This document shows, one piece after another, positions 30,495 to 40,410 of a DNA stretch of 64,000 nt (positions are counted from its first letter, which is position 1; the number at the start of each line of letters is the position of its first letter). The notes beneath the pieces are model-generated. The model was not told the origin of the DNA and searched no databases. It saw nothing but the letters and a program-made list of their open reading frames with translations. The stretch covers positions 54,957-118,956 of the forward strand of contig CAWFGW010000011.1 in assembly GCA_963815495.1 (NCBI GenBank), read 5' to 3'. The position numbers and the translations under genes are program-made. Origin of the DNA: an uncultured Cytophagales bacterium (GTDB taxonomy: Bacteria; Bacteroidota; Bacteroidia; Cytophagales; JAAEPT01).

Positions 30495-31910
30495 TCAAAC
30501 AGCTTTAATGGCGAAACTATTTACATATTCTTCTGGCATGTTCGGATCAAACTCCTTACCCATAATAATATGTTTTTTATATGTTGTTGAAGGCGCTTCG
30601 TAACCTAGCTCTTTCATTTTTGCTGCACAGTCGGTAGCTAAGTACACTTGCTCGGCTATTTTTTTGTAATCAAGTTCTTCTTTTACATAACCCCAGCGTT
30701 TCATTTGAGTTAAAATCCAAACACCCATAGAATGCCATGGGAATGGATCGAAATCGATACGGTCTGGTGCATCAATGACATTACCTAAGCCATCAGCGTA
30801 TTTACCTGTAAGCACTTGCGCGACTACGGTTTCGGGTTGGTTCAAGTAGTTCTTTGGCGAAATAGCTGCTGCTATGGCTGCTCTGTTTTCTTGTTTTGAG
30901 GAATAGTGCGTTGCCTCTACAATAGCGCTAAACAATGCCGCATACGTGTTCGGGTTTGTTTTTGCAAACTCTTCACTACAAGCAAAGGCACAGCAAGGGT
31001 GACCTTCCCAGATGTCTTTTGTTAACATGTGTAGGAAGCCCACATTTTCATATACTGCGCGCTGGTTAAATGGATCGGGAGAAAGGTAACCATCTAAGTT
31101 CCCCGCCTTTAAGTTGGCAACCATCTCTGGTGGTGGTACTACACGTATTTGGATATCTTTATCGGGATCTAATCCGTGTTCTGCAACATAATAACGCAAT
31201 AAAAAGTTGTGCATCGAATATTCAAATGGAACCCCAAATTTGAAGCCTTTCCACATTTTTGGATCACGTTTGTCCTTATGTTTCATATGTAGACATATCG
31301 CCTGACCGTTGATATTTTCTACTGCTGGCATAATGTACGGAGTAGACATAGAGCCTGAACCAATCGTCATGGCTAGAGGCATGGGTGTTAGCATGTGCGA
31401 AGCATCATATTCCTTATTCAAACTTTTGTCTCGTGCCACAGCCCAACCTGCGGTCTTAATAACATCCACATCCAAACCATACTTTTCATAAAAGCCCATC
31501 GGTTTGGACATGATTATAGGCGTAGCACAAGTAATCGGAACAAAACCGACATTCAATTTTACTTTCTCTAAAACTGAAGCTTTCATAGCAGTTTCGCCCC
31601 CACCTTCAACACTTTTTTTCACATCATTGGTGCATGATTGCAAGGCATAAATAGGAATAATAGATGCCAAGGCAGCTCGAAAGGTATTTTTACCTACGGC
31701 TTGAATAAACTGTCTCCGCTTCATGTCATTGCCACCAAACATGGCTTTTACCACAGCGGTTTCTACAAATCGGTTAACAATAGTTTCTTCCGAGTCAGGT
31801 AACTGCTCGGTTACTACTTTGTTAGTTTTACAAGACGAACACCCACACCCAGCGCCATGGCTGAGGTCGGAATTTTCGTCATACGGGTTATCTAAGCTTT
31901 TAACGGGCAT
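30495..31910 (-). CDS. cynA: CmpA/NrtA-family ABC substrate-binding protein, probably for cyanate
   Basis: GFVPITCATP, ENINGQAI, VPFEYSMHNFLLRY, PPPEMVANL, PDPFNQRA and HPCC motifs; twin-arginine RRQFI; adjacent to cyanase. Confidence 0.85.
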   Translation of the reverse strand: MPVKSLDNPYDENSDLSHGAGCGCSSCKTNKVVTEQLPDSEETIVNRFVETAVVKAMFGGNDMKRRQFIQAVGKNTFRAALASIIPIYALQSCTNDVKKSVEGGGETAMKASVLEKVKLNVGFVPITCATPIIMSKPMGFYEKYGLDVDVIKTAGWAVARDKSLNKEYDASHMLTPMPLAMTIGSGSMSTPYIMPAVENINGQAICLHMKHKDKRDPKMWKGFKFGVPFEYSMHNFLLRYYVAEHGLDPDKDIQIRVVPPPEMVANLKAGNLDGYLSPDPFNQRAVYENVGFLHMLTKDIWEGHPCCAFACSEEFAKTNPNTYAALFSAIVEATHYSSKQENRAAIAAAISPKNYLNQPETVVAQVLTGKYADGLGNVIDAPDRIDFDPFPWHSMGVWILTQMKRWGYVKEELDYKKIAEQVYLATDCAAKMKELGYEAPSTTYKKHIIMGKEFDPNMPEEYVNSFAIKAV

Positions 31911-31937
31911 GATTTTAAGATTTTTAAGGGTTTAACT

Positions 31938-32381
31938 TTACCATTTTTTGTAAGGCAGGAACTTGCCTATCATCGTAACTTTTACTCTATCCCCTTTGGG
32001 ATCTTCCACCTTATCCACGTTAAGCGTGAAGTCAATTGCACTCATAATACCATCGCCAAATTTTTCATGAATCACTTCTTTTAAACTTGGGCCATACACA
32101 TAGGCGATTTCAAAAAACCGATAAACTAGCGGATCGCTTGGAACAACTTGACCGGTACCTTTTGTGGGATATACCTGCAATGCTTTCGCCACATCATCTC
32201 CCAAACTGAGCGATTCAGTCACTACCAAAGCTTCTGCTTCACTGAGCGTGGCACTCCCTAAACATGCAGCAGCAACGCAAACTGGGTCCAGGCCGGTTTT
32301 CTTTCCTAATTCAACCCATGTTACTCCAGAAGCACTTTTGGCTTCCATGATGGTTGCTTTCATTTCTTCTTTTGTCATCAT
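31938..32381 (-). CDS. cynS: Cyanate hydratase (cyanase)
   Basis: DPLVYRFFE (catalytic Arg/Glu), EKFGDGIMSAIDF (Ser) and GKFLPY motifs. Confidence 0.97.
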   Translation of the reverse strand: MMTKEEMKATIMEAKSASGVTWVELGKKTGLDPVCVAAACLGSATLSEAEALVVTESLSLGDDVAKALQVYPTKGTGQVVPSDPLVYRFFEIAYVYGPSLKEVIHEKFGDGIMSAIDFTLNVDKVEDPKGDRVKVTMIGKFLPYKKW

Positions 32382-32410
32382 AGTTTTTTGTAGTTTGAGT
32401 AAGACATCTT

Positions 32411-33295
32411 TTAAATTTTTATTGGTTCAGTTTGCAAACTGATTGCATGGGGATCCACATTGACTGGGAAGTCAACATCTTCTAATAACCCCAGTTTTAA
32501 TTGCTCAGCTATCGTAGCCGATCGTTTAACTAAGAATTCTATCAGGTGATTTCGGATAGCATAATAGGCTGCATGCTTAATTATAGTTGCCCGTTCACGT
32601 GGCTTAGGGATATCCACCTTTACTGACTCTACAATTCGGGCCGATGGACCATCAGACATCAGTAAAATGCGATCAGCAAGTAAAATAGCTTCATCCACAT
32701 CATGGGTAATCATAAACGTTGTTTGATGCGTTTTTTGGCAAATCTCTATCAGTTTATCCTGAATTTTACCACGTGTTAAGGCATCTAGAGCACCAAAGGG
32801 CTCATCCATTAACAACAGACTGGGTTCAATAGCAAATGCTCGTGCAATACCCACCCGCTGTTTCATCCCTCCGGATAATTCAGACGGTTTTTTATGCATT
32901 GCTTCCTCCAAACCAACCATTGAAAGGAAGTGTTCTGCTTTTTCTCCTACTTGCTTTTTATTCATCTGTGGTGACTTACAAGCAATTGCGAGCGTAATAT
33001 TTTTATAAGCACTCAACCAGGGGAGCAAACTATGGTTTTGAAATATAACCCCACGCTCAATGCTTGGACCACTAACTATCTTACCGTCCATGGTAATGGT
33101 CCCTTCTGATGCTGCATCTAGCCCTGCCAAGTTGTTAAGGATAGTAGACTTACCACAGCCCGAATGACCAATTACACATACAAACTCCCCTTTCTTAATT
33201 TCAAAGTTGATGTTCTGATAGATGGTAACCTCCCCTTTCCCTCCTTTTAAAGGATAGCGCTTTGCTAAATTTTCTACTGTTAAGAATCCGCTCAT
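32411..33295 (-). CDS. cynD: Nitrate/cyanate ABC ATP-binding subunit
   Basis: GHSGCGKST, FQNHSLLPW, LSGGMKQR, DEPFGALDALTR and THDVDEA motifs. Confidence 0.88.
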   Translation of the reverse strand: MSGFLTVENLAKRYPLKGGKGEVTIYQNINFEIKKGEFVCVIGHSGCGKSTILNNLAGLDAASEGTITMDGKIVSGPSIERGVIFQNHSLLPWLSAYKNITLAIACKSPQMNKKQVGEKAEHFLSMVGLEEAMHKKPSELSGGMKQRVGIARAFAIEPSLLLMDEPFGALDALTRGKIQDKLIEICQKTHQTTFMITHDVDEAILLADRILLMSDGPSARIVESVKVDIPKPRERATIIKHAAYYAIRNHLIEFLVKRSATIAEQLKLGLLEDVDFPVNVDPHAISLQTEPIKI

Positions 33296-33301
33296 ATTTC
33301 T

Positions 33302-34129
33302 CTATTCTTGATATACAAATAAGGTTGACAACTTAGCTATCAAGGCATCGAGCCCCATACCTATAATACCAATCATAAGGATTGAAAAAATGACACTTGC
33401 CAAATCGAGGTTATTCCACTCGTTCCAAACGTAATAGCCAATACCAGTGCCCCCTACTAACATTTCTGCTGCCACAATCACCAACCAGGATATTCCGATG
33501 GAGATGCGTAAGCCTGTAAATATGGTCGGCAATGCTGCAGGTAAAATCACCGTTAATGCCGTTTTTATCTTACCCATTTCTAAAGTTTGAGCTACATTTA
33601 ACCAGTCTTTTTTCACCGCCATCACACCAAAGGCTGTGTTGATTAGAATAGGCCAGATGGAACAAATGAAGATCACAAACACCGAGGACATGATGGAATC
33701 CTTAATAATAAATAATGCTAAGGGCATCCATGCTAAAGGTGAAATCGGTCGTAGGACTTGAATGTAAGGTTGGAGGGCACTGTAAAATAACGGGGACATC
33801 CCAATTAAAAACCCAACTGGAACAGCTATTAGGATGGCTAACAAATAACCAGTCATTACCCGACCTATAGAGTATAGCAGTTGAACGCCTATTCCTTTAT
33901 CATTAGGCCCTTTATCATAAAAGGGATTTTTTAATTCTTCAAAAGCGAGTTTACCCACTTCAATAGGACCTGGTACGTGCGCCTCGGGCTCGCCCATGCC
34001 CATAAGCTTTTCGTATTCGGTCATGTTTTCTTTGGACCGATCGCCATCACTGGTAACTAATTCCCATACGAAGAATGCCACGATAAAAATAAGGATGGAA
34101 AGTACGATTGATTGTTTTTTTTGCGACAT
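33302..34129 (-). CDS. cynB: Nitrate/cyanate ABC permease (NtrB type)
   Basis: PFYD.GPNDKGIG, LRPISPLAWMP and WLVIVAAEMLVGGTGIG motifs. Confidence 0.88.
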   Translation of the reverse strand: MSQKKQSIVLSILIFIVAFFVWELVTSDGDRSKENMTEYEKLMGMGEPEAHVPGPIEVGKLAFEELKNPFYDKGPNDKGIGVQLLYSIGRVMTGYLLAILIAVPVGFLIGMSPLFYSALQPYIQVLRPISPLAWMPLALFIIKDSIMSSVFVIFICSIWPILINTAFGVMAVKKDWLNVAQTLEMGKIKTALTVILPAALPTIFTGLRISIGISWLVIVAAEMLVGGTGIGYYVWNEWNNLDLASVIFSILMIGIIGMGLDALIAKLSTLFVYQE

Positions 34130-34468
34130 ATGAATTAGCTTAAATGCTTAGTCACAAGGTAGAAAAACACAACACCTCAAGCGTAGGACAAAAAATACTT
34201 TGTGTTGCACAAATTCTACATTCTTATAAAAAAGGGCTGTGTTGTTAAAAAAATGCTTGGCTTAGCGTGAGTGGATTCCCTATAGAGACGCGAAATTAAG
34301 TATCACTCATAATTATAATTCCGTAAAATGTGAAATATGAATCCCTTTGTTTTAAAATCGAATTTAGGTTAAGAGTATTGAGAATTTATATTCTTTTTTT
34401 ACAATTCTAATTTTTAAGATAGGTGAAATACAACACTAGAATCACCACCGCATAAATTTTCTTAAATT

Positions 34469-37400
34469 CTACTCATCCAAAAAATCATTTCTTTCCTTTT
34501 CTGTTTTATTAATACCAATACTGTTGATTATACCACTCATCATGCTCCAGCTCCAGAAATTAAATATGGATTTGTATTGATCACGTTCATAAAACATCAC
34601 ACCTTCTCGTAAATATGGAAAGGGCTTGTTATGTTTCTTAATTACAAATGTGTTCGCAAAAAATGTCATTAGACCGCGTCCAAACCCTGAATCGTCAAGC
34701 GTTTCTGGGTTTAATACTTGTATGTGAAGATCTCTATAATTGAAATACATTTTACCTTCAGAATAAATATTGTTACCCTGAAATTCAAAATTGTTTTCGA
34801 GGTTACGCCCTTCATTTACTTTTAAATAAACGATAGGTACAAGCAAGGGGTTCAGTTGTTTAAGTTGTACGGCTCCAACATGTCCGGTAAAATGAAAAGG
34901 GTCATCCTCTTTCTCCATATCAAAAATCACTTTTGCACGGAAATCTGCTGCATTCATCAACCTGCCTGTTGCTTTTAAAATCATGGGTACGGACGATTTT
35001 TTACCAGCTTGAATATTTTTAAGCGTACCTGTTAAATTATCAAAAGAGGTATGCCCCGGAATGGAGGCCTCCTCTGATAACTCCTCATAAGTGATGTCAG
35101 CAGAAAACATAAGAGAATCGATAAAAATATCTTCGTTGACATTACGTAATAAAGTTTGTGGTAGCGCTTTATGTATTTTTTTTACGGGCACGTTTTTATC
35201 CCGGTAAACAGCCATATTTATATTATAAGCTTCTACCTGACCAATTTTTAACTTTTTTGTTTCTATTAAATAATCAAAATCTATATGGCTTAACGTGATA
35301 TTTTTCACATACATCTTAACCCAATCGCGTTGGTATTCTATATGTTTGCTAAAGCTTACTTTATCATATTTAGGTGTTAGTGATACTTCGTTAAGTACCA
35401 TCTCTTGCTGTGCATAATTTATTGCGTAATCTTTGATTTCGAAAGTATTTAAACCATCAGACGTTACAAACGTATAAGGCCCTGCCGTAAGTGATAAATT
35501 ATCTACAAATTGTAATGGATTTCTAGAGTCTGAATTTTCATCTAAATGAAGTTTATCAACGGTAAAATTCAGGTTATCAATTTCATGTTTAAGGTTACCT
35601 TCTTCAAATTTAAAGGCAGCACCTTGCGCCTTTATGAGATTTATATTCACAAATGGGAAGCCTTTTTTTGCTTTCACATGTTCATCAACAATAATATGGG
35701 CGTGAGGTTTTTCCATCTGTATAGCATTGGCAATAAATTTATTATTGAAGTATAAATTCACATAGTCCAATTCATTGACATCCATGCTTTTCACATAAGC
35801 GGTACTCTTGTTTACTGTGTTTTTATACGTACCTTCTTTCAAGGTGATTGTTTTTTGATTGCCATTGATTTTAATATCGCCAAAATTAACTACATCATTT
35901 TTGGCTTTAACTTCAAGATTTTTAGCATTGATATAGAAGTCGGGTTCAGACTTAATTAGTGCGTCTATATTGCCATTCAAAACAATTATTTTTCTGAAAT
36001 CCAGATTTAATTCTGGGGACTTTATCGAATAATTGCCATTATCGATATAGGTTTTTGTATGCTGAATTATAAGTTTATCAATATAAACATCAGGTACATT
36101 CGTCCATGGCTGATTATCGGCAGACATTTTTTTAGGTCTAATAAAGTTGAGTTCTGATTTTTTAATTAGCACTTCTTCTACGTCTATACTTCCATCTTCC
36201 CAATACCGTTTTTGGTTCCAGTTTTTAATGATAATAGCTGGAATTTCACCAGCAACATCACTTTTGTCGGTAGCTGAAATCTTTGTATTTATAAGCTTCA
36301 GATCTGTGGTTTTATTTTTAAGCTGAAAGGATTGACTATAGATTTTTATATTACTTTTAGAATTACGATAGTGGATGTTTTTGGTAGAAAAATGCTGAAT
36401 TTTTAAGAGACTATCATTGGTAATTCGAGCATTAATGTTGCTTGTTTTAATAGTTACAAAACGGTCAATCGTCAAATTTGCACCTCCATTGTTAATATTT
36501 ACCACCTTTAGAAATTCAGGAAATTCAATTTTGTCGTTCTTCTTTTTACTAGTTATAATATTAAAATCGATTTGTGGATTCCATGCATCAATAGAATCCA
36601 GTATTAGTTTATTTTTAACCAAAAGCGAATCAGGGTCAAGATGATAGATGGTAAAATTCTCAATATTTCCATGACCATTCTTAGTAGTAAATGATGCATT
36701 TTTCAAGGTGATTTCTTCTGGCTCGTCAATAAGTACCTGGTCAACTTTGATTTCAACACCCTCTTTATTTACCCAAACGCCTCCTAAATTCATGTAGAGT
36801 TCATCAGCTAAATCAGACCAAGAAGAAGAGGCACTTATTCTTCCTAGACCAGTTGAGGTGAGGTCAAAACTATTAATACCAAAATCTTCACTAACCTTTA
36901 TTTTTCCCTTTTCAACAATTATCTTTTCCGCCCTTACAACTTGAAAATAATTATCAATACTTTCCATTAAGTATGCAGGATGAAGACTTAGTTTAATGGT
37001 ATCATTGGTTGGTGGTTGATGAATTGATATCGATGGTCGTTCAAACTTCAGTACACCTGTTTTAAGTGTTTTAGTCCGAATAGCATCAATATAATCTACT
37101 TTATTCAACACGATATCCGGGGCTTCAACTTCTACATAAAATATGCTGTCAGCAACGGGGGTGTGGGGTTTAATAGCAAGTCCCGTAATCTGAAGTGTGC
37201 TATCGAACGTGTTAATATTTAACTTATCAAAACTTACTTGATGTATACTATCCTTGAGGTTGTACACTTGCTTTCTGATAGTTATTTGAGCATTTTCAAA
37301 ATAGTTATCTTTTTTATCTAGTTTATAGTTAGAAGAATCAAAATGAACTTTAAAAAATTCGATATCAGTATAAGCTGTCTCAATTAAATGCTCTTTCTTC

Positions 37401-38440
37401 GAACCATATAGTTTTATACTAAATTCCCCATTTATCAAATGAAAATGTTCTATATTTAATTCTGTCGCAATATTTTTAAAGATAAAATCCAACAACTTTT
37501 TTTCTTTATTCTCTTCATTTTTCTTTTGGTTTTCTATCTGCACATCAGGTTCGGTAATAAGCATCTCACTTATATGTACATTCTTATCCTTATAAGCTTT
37601 TAAATAGTCAATGCCTTTAATCTTAATGGAAGGCATGTGTATTTGAAATATATCTATTTGATTTTGATCTGATTCTTCACGGCTACTTCTATTTTGTGGT
37701 TCAATGGCAAAATTAGAACACTCTAATATTGAGTCTTTTGTTGATACATGGAATAAATCACATTTCAAGAAATGGATACTATCGGGTAGCAAAAAGCTTT
37801 GGTTGCGAATGGTAAGTTCTATTTCTTCTTTAAAAAGTTGTTTGTTGTCTGAGTTTTCATCCAGTACAAAATTTTCAATTAATAGATTAATATGCTCCAG
37901 CTTAAAACTATTCTTCAAAAACTCAAATCCACCATCCTCTAGTTGGAATCTATTAATTTTTAAGCTTTTAAGGTGTTGGGAGATAAGACTATATAAGTCC
38001 TCAATCTCCTCGTGAGAAGCTTTAGGCCTTTCCTTTGTTTTTATATTGTTTATTGTAACAAAAGGCTCAAAAATTTGAATACCGTCAATTACTAATTCAT
38101 CATTAAAAAGAAGAAGGTGTAAAGAGGCTATATCAATTTTAAGTTTCTGAATAGCTACAGTAAATATATTTTTCGTAGTTGAGTCTTTTTTTATTATAGC
38201 AATATCTGGTTTTAGCTGAATTTTTTTGACCACAATCTCACTATTAAAAAGACTTACCTCCAGCTCTTCATATAACAAATGATACTTCCCCTGGCACTCC
38301 TTTTCGACTAAATTTTCTAACGCATTTCTGGAGATACGGGTGATATTGTTTTGCAGATAGATTACACTAACCACCAGTAGTATGGTTATAATAGTTAATC
38401 CTATTAAAAATATTCTAGACGCGGTTCGTTTAACGTTCAT
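34469..38440 (-). CDS. Giant AsmA/DUF748-like envelope protein (about 1320 aa)
   Basis: N-terminal TM anchor, repeated beta-rich modules, C-terminal KSIFNFWSWSMMSGI; ATG 38440 preferred over TTG 38458. Confidence 0.6.
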   Translation of the reverse strand: MNVKRTASRIFLIGLTIITILLVVSVIYLQNNITRISRNALENLVEKECQGKYHLLYEELEVSLFNSEIVVKKIQLKPDIAIIKKDSTTKNIFTVAIQKLKIDIASLHLLLFNDELVIDGIQIFEPFVTINNIKTKERPKASHEEIEDLYSLISQHLKSLKINRFQLEDGGFEFLKNSFKLEHINLLIENFVLDENSDNKQLFKEEIELTIRNQSFLLPDSIHFLKCDLFHVSTKDSILECSNFAIEPQNRSSREESDQNQIDIFQIHMPSIKIKGIDYLKAYKDKNVHISEMLITEPDVQIENQKKNEENKEKKLLDFIFKNIATELNIEHFHLINGEFSIKLYGSKKEHLIETAYTDIEFFKVHFDSSNYKLDKKDNYFENAQITIRKQVYNLKDSIHQVSFDKLNINTFDSTLQITGLAIKPHTPVADSIFYVEVEAPDIVLNKVDYIDAIRTKTLKTGVLKFERPSISIHQPPTNDTIKLSLHPAYLMESIDNYFQVVRAEKIIVEKGKIKVSEDFGINSFDLTSTGLGRISASSSWSDLADELYMNLGGVWVNKEGVEIKVDQVLIDEPEEITLKNASFTTKNGHGNIENFTIYHLDPDSLLVKNKLILDSIDAWNPQIDFNIITSKKKNDKIEFPEFLKVVNINNGGANLTIDRFVTIKTSNINARITNDSLLKIQHFSTKNIHYRNSKSNIKIYSQSFQLKNKTTDLKLINTKISATDKSDVAGEIPAIIIKNWNQKRYWEDGSIDVEEVLIKKSELNFIRPKKMSADNQPWTNVPDVYIDKLIIQHTKTYIDNGNYSIKSPELNLDFRKIIVLNGNIDALIKSEPDFYINAKNLEVKAKNDVVNFGDIKINGNQKTITLKEGTYKNTVNKSTAYVKSMDVNELDYVNLYFNNKFIANAIQMEKPHAHIIVDEHVKAKKGFPFVNINLIKAQGAAFKFEEGNLKHEIDNLNFTVDKLHLDENSDSRNPLQFVDNLSLTAGPYTFVTSDGLNTFEIKDYAINYAQQEMVLNEVSLTPKYDKVSFSKHIEYQRDWVKMYVKNITLSHIDFDYLIETKKLKIGQVEAYNINMAVYRDKNVPVKKIHKALPQTLLRNVNEDIFIDSLMFSADITYEELSEEASIPGHTSFDNLTGTLKNIQAGKKSSVPMILKATGRLMNAADFRAKVIFDMEKEDDPFHFTGHVGAVQLKQLNPLLVPIVYLKVNEGRNLENNFEFQGNNIYSEGKMYFNYRDLHIQVLNPETLDDSGFGRGLMTFFANTFVIKKHNKPFPYLREGVMFYERDQYKSIFNFWSWSMMSGIINSIGINKTEKERNDFLDE

Positions 38441-38908
38441 GAATTGGTGTTCACACAAGATTTATTCTTGCTTAAGAATACAGATTCTATTTTAAATAAT
38501 ATCTCTGATTAAACAAAAACATACAAAATAAAGACCGAGATATGAAAAAGTATTATTCAATACTAACTCGCAATCAAAATCTATTTAAATCATCTGATTT
38601 TTTATCATTTAGAAGAATGTTGGACTGTTGCTTTTCTTTCATTAGAAAATTTATGAGTAAACCATTTTTTTTTCGGAGTAATCTTTAGACCCCATTTTGG
38701 GGAAATATTCCACAACCAAACCGGACTTGGTTAGTGAAAAACTCATTGCTCGTATACTATTGCTGCACACATAAACTATCTAAATCAATTTTGAAAAACG
38801 CAAAAGGTTTATGGTGGGTCAAAAAACTTTTAATCTGTAATACCGACATAACAAATATCCAGCAGTTGGTTGCTTAAAAATCTAGAATAGTAAATATTTT
38901 AACTCCAT

Positions 38909-39382
38909 TTATTGACTCACAGACTTCTTCGCATCGCGCCAATATTTCATGGGTACGAACAACATCCCAAAACATTCACCATCTTCCTTGCCTTGATGTT
39001 TGTGATGTACTTTATGTGCTTTTCTTAATGCCATAAAATAGGGATTCTTAGTACGTGTTAATACCTTTATGCGCTGGTGAATAAACAAATCATGCACAAA
39101 AAAGTAAGCCGCGCCATATAGTGCTATGCCCGCACCAATCCAAAAAAGGAAGTTGTAACCGTTTAAAGCTCCAAAAAGAAACAAAAAGAAACTAGGTATG
39201 GCAAAGATGATGAAGAAGCTATCATTTTTCTCAAAAAAGATTTTATTCTCTCCCACAACGTGGTGATCTTCATGTAAAAACCAACCCCAACCATGCATTA
39301 CATACTTATGCGTGAACCACGCCATAAATTCCATAAATAAAAAAACGCCTAAGACTATAAGACTATTGATTAGTACTTGCAT
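38909..39382 (-). CDS. crtZ: Beta-carotene hydroxylase
   Basis: His boxes HKYVMH, LHEDHH, VHDLFIH and HKVHH; FEKND motif. Confidence 0.93.
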   Translation of the reverse strand: MQVLINSLIVLGVFLFMEFMAWFTHKYVMHGWGWFLHEDHHVVGENKIFFEKNDSFFIIFAIPSFFLFLFGALNGYNFLFWIGAGIALYGAAYFFVHDLFIHQRIKVLTRTKNPYFMALRKAHKVHHKHQGKEDGECFGMLFVPMKYWRDAKKSVSQ

Positions 39383-39896
39383 TGATGTATTTTTTAAAAT
39401 CGTTAAAGGTTATTTTAAACCACTCAGTATATTTATCAGGGTTTTGAGTCATGTCCAACTCCAAATCTTCTAAACTGATGTAAATATAATCAGCTACTTC
39501 GTCTTTATTAAAGTTTGGAACACCATTATACAAACCAACATATACATGATCTAGTTCATGCTCAATCATTCCTCCGCCAACATCTGCTTTGTAAAGAAAA
39601 TGATAAGTCTTCGATAGCTCAGCCACTTCAACACCTAACTCTTCCATCAGTCTGCGGTGTGCACCATCAATAGTAGTTTCACCTTTTCGTGGGTGGCTGC
39701 AACACGCATTGGTCCACAAACCTGGGGAATGATACTTTGATAGGGCTCGTTGTTGTAGTAGCCATTCTCCTTTATCGTTCATCAGAAAAACAGAAAAAGC
39801 ACGATGAAGTAATCCTTTCTCATGCGCTTCTTGCTTGCCCATGGATCCAATCTCTTGATCGTTTTCATCTACTAACACTACTTGCTCCTCTGCCAT
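39363..39896 (-). CDS. idi: Isopentenyl-diphosphate delta-isomerase type 1
   Basis: LHRAFSVF, WTNACCSHP and EHELDHV motifs. Confidence 0.96.
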   Translation of the reverse strand: MAEEQVVLVDENDQEIGSMGKQEAHEKGLLHRAFSVFLMNDKGEWLLQQRALSKYHSPGLWTNACCSHPRKGETTIDGAHRRLMEELGVEVAELSKTYHFLYKADVGGGMIEHELDHVYVGLYNGVPNFNKDEVADYIYISLEDLELDMTQNPDKYTEWFKITFNDFKKYINASTNQ

Positions 39897-39899
39897 ATA

Positions 39900-40409
39900 T
39901 TATTTTAATTTTCTTAGTGTTTCAATTTCTGACTCCGAACATAAGTCTGAATCGATCATAAAATCTATTATTTTAGGATAAAGCGACCCCAAGTCTTGTT
40001 TTTGAGCACTTAAATTACTTAAAATATATGCTTTATCTTTTTCGATCGAGTCGCTATAACCTAATATAGAAGGCACGTTGAGCTGAATCCCCAATCGTAA
40101 ATACCGCAGCTCTACGCTGCCATTTTTCTTTTTAATGGCATTTTCAAGTCGATCTTTCCCATTATTAAAATAAGATAGTTTTTTCATTGGGTTGAATGCG
40201 TGTTCTGCCATCATGGCTTCAACCAACCCATGATATCCTTCTTGCAATGTGGTGGGTGTTTGAACCTCTTTTAGTCGCTTTAAAAGGTTTTCTGCGTAGT
40301 CACTGTCATCCTTTACTTTTTCTTGACAGTCTCTTAACTCTTCGATAGGTACTTGAGCAATCATAGTTAAAAATGGAAATAAGCATATAATTAAAAAGAA
40401 ATATTTCAT
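39900..40409 (-). CDS. Exported helical protein of unknown function within the crt operon
   Basis: Signal peptide; P.KKLSYF..GK..LE.AI....VELRYLR..Q..P..LGY pattern; tightly packed between crtB and idi. Confidence 0.7.
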   Translation of the reverse strand: MKYFFLIICLFPFLTMIAQVPIEELRDCQEKVKDDSDYAENLLKRLKEVQTPTTLQEGYHGLVEAMMAEHAFNPMKKLSYFNNGKDRLENAIKKKNGSVELRYLRLGIQLNVPSILGYSDSIEKDKAYILSNLSAQKQDLGSLYPKIIDFMIDSDLCSESEIETLRKLK

Positions 40410-40410
40410 T

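Noticed and set aside
38650-38880. Short open frames between the AsmA-like gene and crtZ, possibly a pseudogene remnant
   Set aside because: I could not recognise any family in the fragments; a tblastx search would be needed
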